DNA of 64,000 nucleotides. It comes from Catajapyx aquilonaris. Taxonomy: Eukaryota. The DNA lies in contig KZ537974.1 in the NCBI GenBank assembly GCA_000934665.2, positions 62,001 through 126,000 of the forward strand, read 5' to 3'. Within the stretch, counting starts at the first letter, position 1. Each line of letters opens with the position of its first letter. The notes beneath the pieces were generated by a model. It did no database searches and was not told where the DNA came from. It saw only the letters and a list, made by a program, of their open reading frames with translations. Shown in pieces: positions 13,301-26,000 of the stretch. The position numbers and the translations under genes are program-made.

Positions 13301-13912
13301 CTTTAGCTTTTTTTTTTTTGGATGGGGGAGGGGGCGTTTTCTTTCGGGCTCCTTATTAGGCTAATTGCTGGCGAAATACACGTCTTAAGAAGGGATTCGC
13401 CAGGTTGATGGTGGTGTAAGAATTGTGATTTTGTGGGCTGACGATGATGTTAATTAGGACGCGTGCCAGGGGCGCCAGCCCATTTCCACGAGCCTTTCAA
13501 GATGAGGTGCTTAACTGTTGTGGAACACGCGGTCGTCACACCAGAATGCGGGCTTTTGTTGTTGTTTTTTTCAAAAGGAAATGCCAATTAAACAAAAAAA
13601 AGATACCATAATTTTGAAACTAGAGAAAAATGAGCTCTACGATTCTCTTACCACTCTTCGCAAGAGAACTGACAACATTATTAATGCATGCTGCGGTGCT
13701 ATACGATCGAAGCACAGTGTCCAGCGGAATGTTAAGGTGGTTTTATTTACAGAGGACATACTGTATTACTCTGTCTTGCGACCCTCCTAATGAAAGAGTT
13801 CTTGAATAAAGTATATACATTCAGCCTATATGCTTCTGTATAATATAGATTAGACTTACTGTTTACAGACTTCTGAAATACTGAACATTTCCCAAAATGT
13901 TAAGTGCACTGG

Positions 13913-13989
13913 ATTTTAAGCTCCCAAGTTTTGAGTAGAGTATATATCGTAATACGATATACTCTACTCAAAGCTTTGAGACTTAAAAT
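13913..13989. repeat. Imperfect 77-bp inverted repeat (hairpin)
   Basis: Left arm attttaagctcccaagttttgagtagagtatatatcgt, loop aat, right arm acgatatactctactcaaagctttgagacttaaaat. The arms pair with one 2-nt bulge and a few mismatches. Confidence 0.9.
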
Positions 13990-13991
13990 TA

Positions 13992-14032
13992 AGTTTACTC
14001 AACTTCAGTCTATACTATAGACTGAGTAAACT
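13992..14032. repeat. Second adjacent inverted repeat (hairpin)
   Basis: agtttactc[aacttc]agtctata-c-tatagact-gagtaaact gives 17 complementary positions with a 6-nt bulge. Confidence 0.85.
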
Positions 14033-17000
14033 GAATACATTAATTTTGTACCTCTGTGTAAATATTTATGCGTTGCTTTAAACTCAGTAGTGCATCCTTG
14101 ACGAGAGCGCTGCATCGATAGTTTTTTCATATATAAAGGAATTTTCTTGGCTGCAGATGTCCGACACAGATTTAACTTCTTACTTTCCGTACATTTTTCA
14201 TAATTTTGGCACATAAATCAAGCTTACACCGGTCGAGTTGCAAGATTTGTATGCCAACAGTGACTCACCAGGTTGGCCCTGCCGTTCAGCCAGAAGTATT
14301 TACACTGCTGCCGATTCTGTGAAACGTTCGTTTGAAATTGGCCCAGAGCGTGTCTTGGTTGGAACAGCACAATTATTATATGATACTGACTGTATGAGAG
14401 AGAACCTTGAAGTGCAGTACGACTGAAGTCTCGCCCCATGCGGAGCCAGGTCAAACATTCTGAATAGTTAATAACACACTTCCCAGACCAGGCGATATTC
14501 GTGTGATATCGATAGCGAGAAGCGTGTGGTGTCTGAGAAACGAGCGATACCAAAGATGAGAAATGTGGTATATGTGGTCTTGCTAACGAGTGGAATTGAG
14601 TATGGTAAAGAAAGTTGTTATTTTCCAACAGTAATGATTTATTTCCTGCATTCTCTATTTGAACATGGAGAGTTCACTGAATTGATGATATATTTTTTAA
14701 TTCGTTAGGGAATTTCCTTATGAAGATTAGCAGATGCTTGGTTGGTTGGGTTGAAAAGGTGAAGATGAACACAGTACATATCTTTTTTAATTGTCATAAA
14801 TTATGCATTAGACTAATTGAGAAGTTTACTAGGATGAGAAGGGGTAAAAAATATTTAACCTGCTGAACCCCCAAATCCAGCATATATAGCAATGTTGCCA
14901 TCACCAACTGAGTGTAGGAAAATTACGAATTGCAACGAATATGTTAGTACAGTAACATATGAACCGGAATTCATCGGTAAACACTGGCTCCCGGGCTGTA
15001 ATTACGTAGATTACCTTGAATACTGAAAATCGCAAAGGCATATAGCAACGCAAAGGAACAAATTGGCAATGAATATGTGTAGAGTGAATTTAAGATAATG
15101 ATGTTATCACTTCCCGCACCCCCCACATGGGCGACTGTGCAAGGATTTAAATAGGGCTTATAGCTTATGCACTGCCCGTTTTGTATGCTTCCATTTCCAT
15201 ATACATTCATACTTTTGAGTGGTGAGTTAGTGCAGCTGAGTTTATCACTTAATTTTTGTAACGAGTGCATGAAGAGAACAACTAGCGGCATAAACGAACC
15301 GTAAGCTTTATATGTTATCCGTCCCTGTCAGACCGGCTATCATTAACATCATTTTTGTGCCAAATTTAAAGTAACTATTATTAATGCATCCGTGAAAACA
15401 TGCGTCTATATGCACAGAAAGTTGTGCAGCCTGACATTTCGTTACTTTTGAATTATTAATACGGTGCACACTCCGAGAGGCATGCAGCTTACCGTCATGG
15501 AATCCATTACCTGCTCCATCACACTGCACACACAGTTACGCATTCGTCGGATATTAATAACGCGCTACTGTTTAGAGTATGCATAGGCCTATAAACCCCT
15601 CGGAATTATGAATCGAACCAGATGCTGACCCATAGACCCATGTAATTGGCCTTGTTGGACTGTTATTCCCTATCCCATTCTACACTGCACTCCAATGAAT
15701 GCCATACGTCGGAATGGAGTCAGGTATAACTATACGTATATAGGGCTGTTATGTGCAGTTATGCTCTTGCAGGATCATTGGAGGGGACTGTTGGAAGTGC
15801 TTTACAAATACTGTAGTTATAATTATATCATAATGCTTCTTCCTCGAAGAGTAGCGGCTGGCAAGAGTATTTGATATTATTACTGTAAAGATTGTAGAAC
15901 AACATTGCAGGTTAGGCGGATTTTAAAAACTAACCACTCCCAACACGTACTGGCCATTGTTTTTGGTGATCTGTATTTGAAAGTGCAGTACTTCAGTGTC
16001 AAGTTTCGAGGGGAACACTACAGTGATGGCTGACAGGCAAATTATGAGTGAAATAGGTTTTTAAAAAAAACTATTTTTCAAAAAAGGGCGATACAGGCAT
16101 TCTTGGCCCATCCGCAAATTTCCGCCTGTGTACAAATTCCGATAGAAACTAGCAACTCTTTTGGTCTAGCCCTGGCTCTTTTGCAAATCCGATAATAATA
16201 TGGGCAGGCACTGCGGGCAGAAAGGAATTAATAACCCGCACTCGTTTGTGTAATAGACTAATCCGAGCTCACGCTGACGTCTATTGACATGTCCGTCAAC
16301 ATTTACCTACCCTGACGAGCGGGTTGAAGGGAGAGGAGGGCCAGGAAGGGGGAAAATAATAAATAATAAACTGCCTCTGGGGATGGGATTTATTCCGTTG
16401 CATTTCTGGGGAAATTCCTTGCCGATTGCAGCATCAGCGCATCCAGCAATTGAAGCTTAATGCAAGGAAAGGAATTCGCACAAGCTGAATGGGAATGCCA
16501 TTCCTACAAGCCTATGCCCATAATATAGGTTTAATAACTGATGCAATGAAATTCCCTCGGGTTAATTTCGTTTCCGTCAAATAAATTAATAATATGGCTC
16601 TGCACAAACCTGGAATATGTAGGCAGTGTTTGCCGACAGGCTTTAAAATGGGTGCAGCCTAAATATGCGCATTTAAGCTGTTCCAAGTGGCTTACTGTCA
16701 TAAAATATCACTGATATCGGATGATCCGGTGGAGAACGGTAAACAAGGGGCTGTCCCTTTGGGATAGAGCTGGCCACTGCATAGTTCGGTGTGGTGAACA
16801 ATAAAGATACAGTGAGGCATGAAAGGCGGAAGCATAACCTGGGTAAAGCATACGCAAATTCCCGTAATAATTTTTTTCAAATACTAGCAACACAGTATTA
16901 TACATTACTCTCATTGTCAAAACTGCAAAACATCTCAAGTGTATATGAATGAAGATGATGGTTTCTGTAGAGGACACTGGAAGATGCTTGGAACTGTACG

Positions 17001-20000
17001 AGGGTATTGCTTTTAATGCCGGAAGGGGTTAGGTAAAATTCCCTGGTACTGGAATAACCCGTAACATTCTCGGTGAAAGAACTGTACACTGAACACGCGC
17101 GATTATTTTTGTAATGTGGCCCGAAATTCCCCAAAAATGTGAAGATACAGGCCTCGGATGTGCCCCGCATCCCCTTGCTGTTGCCGTTGGCCAGTACGCA
17201 TACGATATGCTGATCACTTGATATACGGTAACTCCAGAGTTCTGTTTTACTATGAGAATATTTTATTACCAACTTTTCATAGGGAAATGTTACTTGCAAT
17301 TATTAATGCTGCAGGGAAGACTGTAATAATCAGGAAATTTAATTTAGAAGGGTAGAGGGCTATGTGTAACTTAATTATTTCTCCGTACTGACGTTTGCAG
17401 TAGTCGTATATTTGCTTCAACTCCTAGCTTAAGTTGGAACAGATGGCGATTCCCAGGAGCTATACTGTATATGATCGAATAAATAGTTTTTCGCTCTCGG
17501 GAGTCAACACCTGTTCAAACTGATATCAGGAGTTCAAAAACTAACATATATCTGTTGGAAACTAAAACCTGCATTCAGGATGTTTTGTGCCCGATAGTCT
17601 ATCTCGGTCCTGGTTGGTCCCTCAACATTTCTCAATCCTACATTTTTGTTTTGTACTGGAGCAATTACCCTGCCACATGCCGGCGGGATCTTCGACTATA
17701 TATAGTCAGAAACACCTAGCATACGTATACTAAATGAACTACGTAAATATTAGTGAAAGCTGTTATTTTGGGCGAATTTATTCTTCTTTGACAATTAGCG
17801 ATTCGGTTACGGGTGAACCATGTAGTAACGAGGGTAGATTAAAGTTGCAATTCGCATGCAAAAGTGTATGATGCGGATTAAATCGTGTTTTCAAAGCAAA
17901 ATTATCGAAACCCCACGTTTATACGTATTTACCAGCTTCTAACAGAGCTCTCTACAAAATTTCAAAGCATCATAATGGGATCTGATTCTACGACATGTAA
18001 TTCAATTTTCGTTTTTTTTTTTCCTATATCGCCTAGTGTGCAAAAAACCAAGCCATCGCTCTTGAATTCATGCACCGTGCGAGTAAAATGAAAAGGACAA
18101 GTGCCCCTCTTTTTTCATTCCGGAGACGGTCAATTTAGCCTGACAAACATGACTCGGAAGGAAGGGCTGGTGGGTGGTGGGTTGGGTGCTCCTGGAGGCG
18201 TACATGACCGGATACCGTTCCAGCTGGCCGAATGTGAAGCAAAGGACCCGGGGTTTTCCCGCGATTAACTCGTCAACAAAAGCCTCGTTTTGCTCGCCCG
18301 GACAATCCCTTCATTTCTACTCGGTCCCCATAGTTACTCCGTGTCACTTGAAGGCGACTTGACCCAGCTCGGGAATTCCTGCAGACGAGTCAGTTCCTTC
18401 AACCCCCCCTTCATCTCTTTTGGGGGCTGGACTGCTAGTGAGGGTAATGGATGTGGTTGGCAGGGATACTTTGTCATGGCAGTGACATTAAGTCCTGTCC
18501 TACTTACCTGCACTTGGACCTGACTGTGCTCCGAAACCCATTACCCGCTGGGAGAGGACCAGGTTGTAGGATGAGGACAGTCACATTTGCATGGACTGCC
18601 ACGTTATCTGTCCCGTGTTGCGAAATTAGCTCTCCTCCATTAGCTTCTTACTTGAAAAGTTGTCACACCTGTCAGGTGCACTGGTTGTATTTTATTATTC
18701 ATGGGGTGGACAAATGGCGAATTATGAGTTCGGGCCGGAAACATGTCTGGTGACAATTCTCGTCAAATTGAGTTACGCACTCCTAGGAAAAGAGGTATCT
18801 CAATTAGCGAATGGCATCGCGGATTTAAGTCATTCCATTTTCAAAATGAAAAATAAATTCTGATGGTGTCATAACGGTTTGAATAAATGAATTAGAAATT
18901 GCTGTTCTTGCAAAATATTGATATGGGCATAGGTACACACGAAATTTTGTACAATTCTCAACACATAATTTAAGATTTTCTCATTAATTTTCATTCATAC
19001 AACCATCCCCTATTGGCCGCCATATTAAACTTTTGTAAGTTTTCACTCATCTCCGGGTTTTTTCGTGTGTTTCACTTTGGAAGGCCCGGAAGTGAGTTAT
19101 CCCATGGTGATCAATATTGTAAACGGCTTTCGGCAGGCACCATATTTTCCGTCAACCTTTGTATTCGGAAAGTTTAATTAGAGAAAACTGGCGCTTTCTT
19201 CGGCGCGTCGGATTCGCATTTTAATTGGAGAAGATGCCAAAGGCGCTCTCTTCTTCTTCTTTTTTTCTTTCACCGGGGAATATTAAGTCCGGAGGATCGA
19301 CTTTAATTAAGAGGCATAAATCTCCCATGCCGTTCCCCCCCCCCTTTTTTTTTGTATTCTATCCCGCCATTTTGGGAACATGAGCCATGAGGGTTCAGAG
19401 TGGAAGATAGGCAGCTTTGAGTAGCCCCAATGCGAACTGGAGTGCTTTTGTTAGGTTCATACACACAATATGAAAAACAATACCTGCTCTCACTACATCT
19501 TCAGAGTCGTACATTTTGGGCAGTGTCATGCACATTATGCAGAAAATCTATCCATAAACGAAAATGTAACTTCGAAGAAACTGATAACATGCCCTGGATT
19601 TAATTAGTTTAATGGTGCAAAAATCTGGGGCTTTTCATGTAAAATAATTAGCAGTATTATGCGGACGCAACAGTTAATTCGGTTCAACGTGTGAGTGCAT
19701 TTCTGCATTGGGAGAATGGAATTAGCATTTTGATTGTCATCGGTGAGTGAATTTTAACTCATTTTGGAAAGTTAGTCATTCATTATGAACCTATTAGAAA
19801 GTGCTGCTCTTCCTTGCAACCTAATTCTTGATCGCGGGTGCAAACTTCTGGCCGAGTTGCAAAGCGGGGTTGGAGGGCCGGAAATTGCCCTTATTTCAGT
19901 ACCGGGTGTCTTATCGAAAGGGTGGAATGAAAATGGTGCCAGATCAATAATAAACGTGCGCCACGATTAATTCCGGGAGAGTGAAATCGGAGGCTTTTGT

Positions 20001-22910
20001 TTACGCGGCTTTCGAGTTCCCAGGGAGCTCATCAGCAGCTTGGCTGCTGATTTTCAAACCAAGCCTTCCCCCCAACATAATGGGTCTGTTTGTGTAAAGG
20101 GGGAGGCCATGACTTATTGCGGTGCATTGCGCCTACTTTTTTTTAGTGCGGGCCATTTGGGCTTGTTTACGCTGACGCTAGTGACCGAAAGAGACTTGCA
20201 AGCAAGGATACAATGGCCTGAACCTAGTCAATAGCTGGGGGGCAAGGGTTTACTTTTTTCCGTTCACCAATCAGGCCATGTATTTGCAAGTTCATGCTGG
20301 GTTCACACGGGCGTCACCCAACGACAGAGGCAACGACCAGCATCACCACACAACTCAGATATAGTACCTTGAAAAATGGGCGTGTAAATAGGCCGTGCCA
20401 AATTCCAGCCATGCATTGGAGATCGATCCGACCGCTACAAGCGACGCAATTAATTACCGATGTGTTGTAAACAATGGTAATGCGATTTGGAGGCTAAAGG
20501 TGCGATATTTTTGTGGTGGGCTATGCGGGTGGGCATATAAATTGTGCAGAGACATTTCTTGGTGGCTGACTGCACAATGGACTATGTGTCCCGGTAATTG
20601 CCGCTTTAATCACTCCCTTGTGATGGTCGCACTGTATCCATTCCGGACTCGTGGACACAACTGACTCTGCGGTCAATTTGTATTCGAACAGTGTTCGTAT
20701 CGTACAAGGAAGTGGTGAAGAGTTGGTCACCATTCAGGTCGAACCCTTAGAAATGGGAGGGGGATATCTGCAAATGGAGTTAGTTTTAATGAGACCGCTA
20801 TCAACTTTTAAGCCGATAACAATGAAAAACAAAGTTTATCCCGACCCCATAGCGGTCACCCCATTTGCGAGAGTGGAGCTTTACCTGGAGCCAAAAGTCT
20901 GCCAGTAATGATTTGTGACGCACGTATACATTGTGTAAGGGATGTAAATATTGCCCCGAATAATTTGGAAAAGGATACTTTCTAGGATTGTGTTTTCCTA
21001 GAACTCTCGTGATATATTTAGTGGAAGTTGTTCGTAATAATATCGGATGAAAGAGTGAAACTCGGGAATTTATGGAAATCTGCATTTCAAATTCTCAGTT
21101 TTGTGGCTCTCCGATGGAAAATCGCCGCAGGAGACGCCAGGAACCTGCCATAATTTTTCATTTTCACTTGTTATAGGAATGGTAGATGATGGATAATTTT
21201 TTTAGCGTTGCCATTATTTCACTAAAACTGAAATTAATGAAATTAATATGTCCAAAATCATGGCTCTCCATCGTAGTAGCCTATCATTTGGAGGGTCTTA
21301 TACTGAGTGGCCACTGTTGCACAATCATTAATTTCATTATGTTTCACTTTCAGTGAAAAACAAGCAGCCTAACACTATATAACATTGAGAAAAATCAGTA
21401 AAAATTATTTGTGGTTACTGAAGTCTCGGGGAATTTTAAAGTGGAAAACATATTTGCAAAATTGCTATAGGCCAAATTTAAAATTAGGATATCCGCAATA
21501 CTGAACGGCCCAAAACTCGAATGGATTTTTTCATCCTTCCATTATTAAGTACAACAAGCCACCAAACTTGTGGCGGTTCAATTTAAACATACTATCCTGG
21601 GGCTCTTTGTTGCGAATAAACAGCAGGTAACCTTATTATGGGTTCAGAGTGTGTAAAAGCAACCAATTATGAGTTGTGGCTTATATCCGGTTTTTCGACA
21701 TCTCATGCCCCCTCCCCCATATTATGTAGTACGTATATTTAGCGATAGTTAAGTAAAGGTTGCGCAACAAAATATGCATCTGATTATGTAATAAAAAAGT
21801 TGCTTTCTTTTAAAGGGTTACTCTGGGTTAGCTAATAATAGGGGGGAAAACCCACTGGCTATATGCATTATCGTTGTTATTGTATTCTGAAAGTAGCTAT
21901 GTTGCATGTTGCCTGAAAGTTATGAATAGAGAGTGTAAATATATTTTCATACCACTCGAGCCCGTATGAGAATAATTTTAATGTAAACATAATTAGTGCT
22001 GGACTAGCAGAGGCAACATGCAGCACATGAAAGTTGCGGCGGCATGTTACATATTCTAGCTGTTAACAGACACGCCGACCTAATTTACTGTAGAATAAGA
22101 AAAATGTGCAAAGAATGTATGACTACAAAGAGCATTTGATGGCGCACCAGTTTTAAGCCAAATTCATGCTAAAATTTGACTCGTACAGTGCAACAATGCA
22201 GCACTTGAGTTCCGGCGCACACTCAATAACCCGATATTGTGGTTCCCCCAAATCAACTTTGAACAATGACCTGTCAGGCAACCGGATTGCCTTGAAAGCA
22301 TATTTTGACAATCAGGGTGTCTAGAGGGACCTATATGCCTTTTTTTGGGTGCGTATATCAGTGATGGAGATGAGCCGTCAAATAAGGGTCGAGTTAATCC
22401 GCGGCGTGAAATGTATGCAAATGAGACGCGTCGGGCAGAAATAGATGGAAAGGTAGCAGGCTGAGGAAAGCCCTTCATTGATCCACTTCAGTGATCGACG
22501 CAGCGGGACCTCCATTGGAGTAGATGTTGCATGCGAAATGCCAGCCAATCTGTTTCCAAAACAGATGGCAGGTACCTTTCCAGGATGATTAGGATTATTT
22601 TTTGGGAGGCCTAGGATCAGCTGCATTGGTCATATCGGACCGGTTTTTAGTGTTGGTTATGAAGAGCGTGGTTGGATTTTCGGACGCGAATTGGGAAAAA
22701 TAATGTTGCGGCTTTATATGTTGTGGAATTGTTGACATGTTTGGATATTGGTCATTCACGTTGCTGTAAATTGTTTTCGTTTTAGGAGGCCTTCCATATA
22801 GTGCAATACGGTGGCAGTATATATTTCAGAGTGTAATGCACCTGCGGATGTAAACTGTAAGGGGGCTCACAATTCGAATTGGAATCAATAACCTATGATT
22901 AGTGTATGTA

Positions 22911-23010
22911 AATGAATGTAGAAGTTAGCTTAACTGCCGGAATGGAAATGAATGGGAAATGGATGGAGAATTGAATTCAAGGTGTGAAAATGAATGCGAA
23001 GACAATGAAA
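22911..23010. repeat. Degenerate (GAATG/GGAAT)n low-complexity tract
   Basis: aatgaatg...ggaatggaaatgaatgggaaatggatggagaattgaatt...aaatgaatg...caatgaaa. Confidence 0.5.
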
Positions 23011-26000
23011 TACAGTGTACTATTCCTAACGCATGCTATTTGTGTTTAAAATACATATACGCTAGCGGGACAAGGTGAATAGTTACGATTTGAACTGAAG
23101 CAGATGGGAATGAATGCAATGGTGATTGGACTGGAATTAATATCGGAATAATTAGAGAGGAGTAAATACGAACTCTGCGTGAATTGAAAAGACTTCCTCA
23201 TTTCGATATGAAAGGTGCCCATCAGTGGTATGCAATAATATAATTGCGTATTCATTAGCAGCCGAAGTCTCTGTTTTTGAAGGTTCCTTGCATGTCTTCT
23301 CCAGCAGGAAAATATTTTCTCCTGCTCTCAGCTCCCTGTGTTTTCGCTCGGCGCAGGATCGACGATGACATCGGGAAATAGGAGATGATTGGCTTGATCG
23401 GCAGAGGAGGGAAAGTTGGTGTGACAGTGGATTCTCTTCTTTCATCCCAGCCGCAAGTTGGGCCCCTTTGACACTCTGGAAATGGAAGGCTCTGTAACAT
23501 AACTCTCTTCACACTCACTTTGAATTTGAGCTGGAATGTTCTCTGTACAAGCTATAGAAAGGGGAATCCATAGTTGCGAACGTGTATTTGCAAATTATAC
23601 AAAGACAGATCTAATGCTATTGAATTGTTCAGGTGACTGGAGCACATACAGCTTACAGTGCAGAATGTATAGGCCATTCTGTTTCCGAACGTACTACGTT
23701 ATGTCCCTGCGCCATATGCGGCACCACACGAAATGATTGCTGCCGCCATCTTGGGTCTTGAAAGAGACACATAGGTTTACTGGGAGAGTCGCATTTGCAG
23801 CATACGGAGCCTCCTCTTATTATTTTTATAATGTAGGTCACGTCGGTCTTAGGCGGTATCAGAAACGCCGGGGGTTTGTGCAGAGCCGAGAAGCATGTAA
23901 AAATGCAAATTAGTGCGCAGTAAGTAGGTCTGATGGGCTCAGCAGGGCTTTCCCGGTGTGCAATTTGCGGCTGAGACCCACTCTCGCTTGAATAGATGCC
24001 TTGGGGACAAGGTGACATGTTCTTAGGTACATAGACTTCCCGAAAGAAGTCTGTGCCGCATAGGCTCACATTGGGGGTAAATAGTGTCACGACTTTTGGC
24101 CAGTGACAATAATTGTCAGCACTCTTAATGTTAGTACAAAGGTGATAGGTAGGCTAAAGGGTATGTTTGTTAATATCTATCGAATTTAATAGATCTTAAA
24201 ATAGCGACAGTTATGGTCGAACGGCGTGTATTTGACACCGGGCTAACCGCACCCTTATCTGATGACACCCGTGCGATAGAGTTGTCAAAAAAAAAAAAAA
24301 AACGCAGGCTATTAGGATCCGGAAGAGGGTGTTGCATAGGGCGTCCGCCATTGACACAGTGTCGCATTGGATCGATGGTTGGCAGCGATCAAATGGCGCT
24401 GGTGCTTCTGGCACTCTCCGCCAGGTGGTGTCGGCTTTCAGGTCTGGCTTCGGATTCTGGGCTGCTGCAGCGCCAGAAGCGGAAGCATCCAGGAAGATCC
24501 GGGGATATAACCGCGTATTGATCCTGCAGGAGAGGGGGGGAGGGAGAAATAATGGATCCGGGACTTAGTTTCCGGGCTTCCCGAGAGGGGGAAATGAACT
24601 CGGACACTGTCCATTTCCCTAGCCGCAAGTTTACCCCGTGGATTTTTAGCTGGGGATTTTTTTTAAAAAAAAGGTAAAAGCGTGGTTCACCTTTTTTATG
24701 GGTGGTCATGGGATGTTAGGAATTCGAATTTATTTTATTTTTTGGGTCCCACTTCTCTTTTTAGGAGTAGAGTGAAAGAGTGTGATGGGAGTTTACAGGC
24801 AGGAAATAGTGCTGTCGGAACGTACATGGCCGTTTCATCACAGGTTTATCTCCGGTAATTCGGTGGGAAATTGCTTGGGGTGGGTGGGTAGGTTGGTGGG
24901 TGGGCCTGAGGAATTGCCCTGTTTTCTGGAAATCACAAATGAAACGGGGTGTGAAGTTCTGCTTCCATAACTTGATTTCATGCGTTGTTTCATTCTGCAC
25001 ACCTCGGTTTCTGGAAGATTGTATGCAAGGAAATGGGAAGAAGAGTAAGGCCAAGGTGCTTCATCCACATTTATAAACAGCATCCAAATTCTTTGTATAA
25101 GCTGGCAGCTTCATACAATATTATTCATACCGGCTCTACTGCTTTAAGGTAAACTTTATAAAAACCGACAGAGCGTAAAACCTGCGTGCTAATTGGAGTG
25201 AAAGATAAGCTGCGTTCGTGAACATTTTTCATTTTTATATATCGGGTTTAATAATTACAGCATATAACGTGTCATGTCACTCTGCCACATGTGACGCATT
25301 ATCATATGTTCTATCTTTCATTTAAATCCACATCTTGACAAATTGAAGCTGGTGAGCGTAATTGTTTGCCATGGCAACAACTGCGTAATTAATATAGCAA
25401 TTGCAATATTGCGGGCCCTCGCGTAATATAATTTCACATCGAATAGTTCATAACATTTATCTTCATTCGCACATAATTATAATGTCCGGGCAATATATTG
25501 AAAAAAAATACATAGTTTCCCCATGTATACCAATTTGGGACCGAACTGACAAACATATACGGTTTTGCAAAATGATGGTGACATTGCGAAATGGTTGTAG
25601 CCTACATACCTCTCGCACCAGTAACTCTGACGTCTACGCGAGTAGCCGGATTTAATTTGGCCAAGTTCATATCGATTCTATGTCCTTTGAAAGAATTTTC
25701 ATTTGCGCGCGATTCTTTTTTCTGGGTTCTATTATTATGATTACCGGAGTGGGGTATAGGGCGGGATGGAGCAGCGGCAGAGGGGGCGAAACGAAATGAG
25801 TTATAGAAGAGGTAATTGTTGTCGGGAATTAATTTATGTTAATAGCCTGCTTGTTCAGCGTGTAATTTTTCATTAACAATTAGCTATTTCCATTATCGCT
25901 GTTTAATTAGCGGGCCCCGCGCGAGTGTTTGGAGAGAAAATGGTCGGCCTCCCACCGTTTGTTGTAGCTACCGATATGAGATAGTTGCATCCACTTTTCA

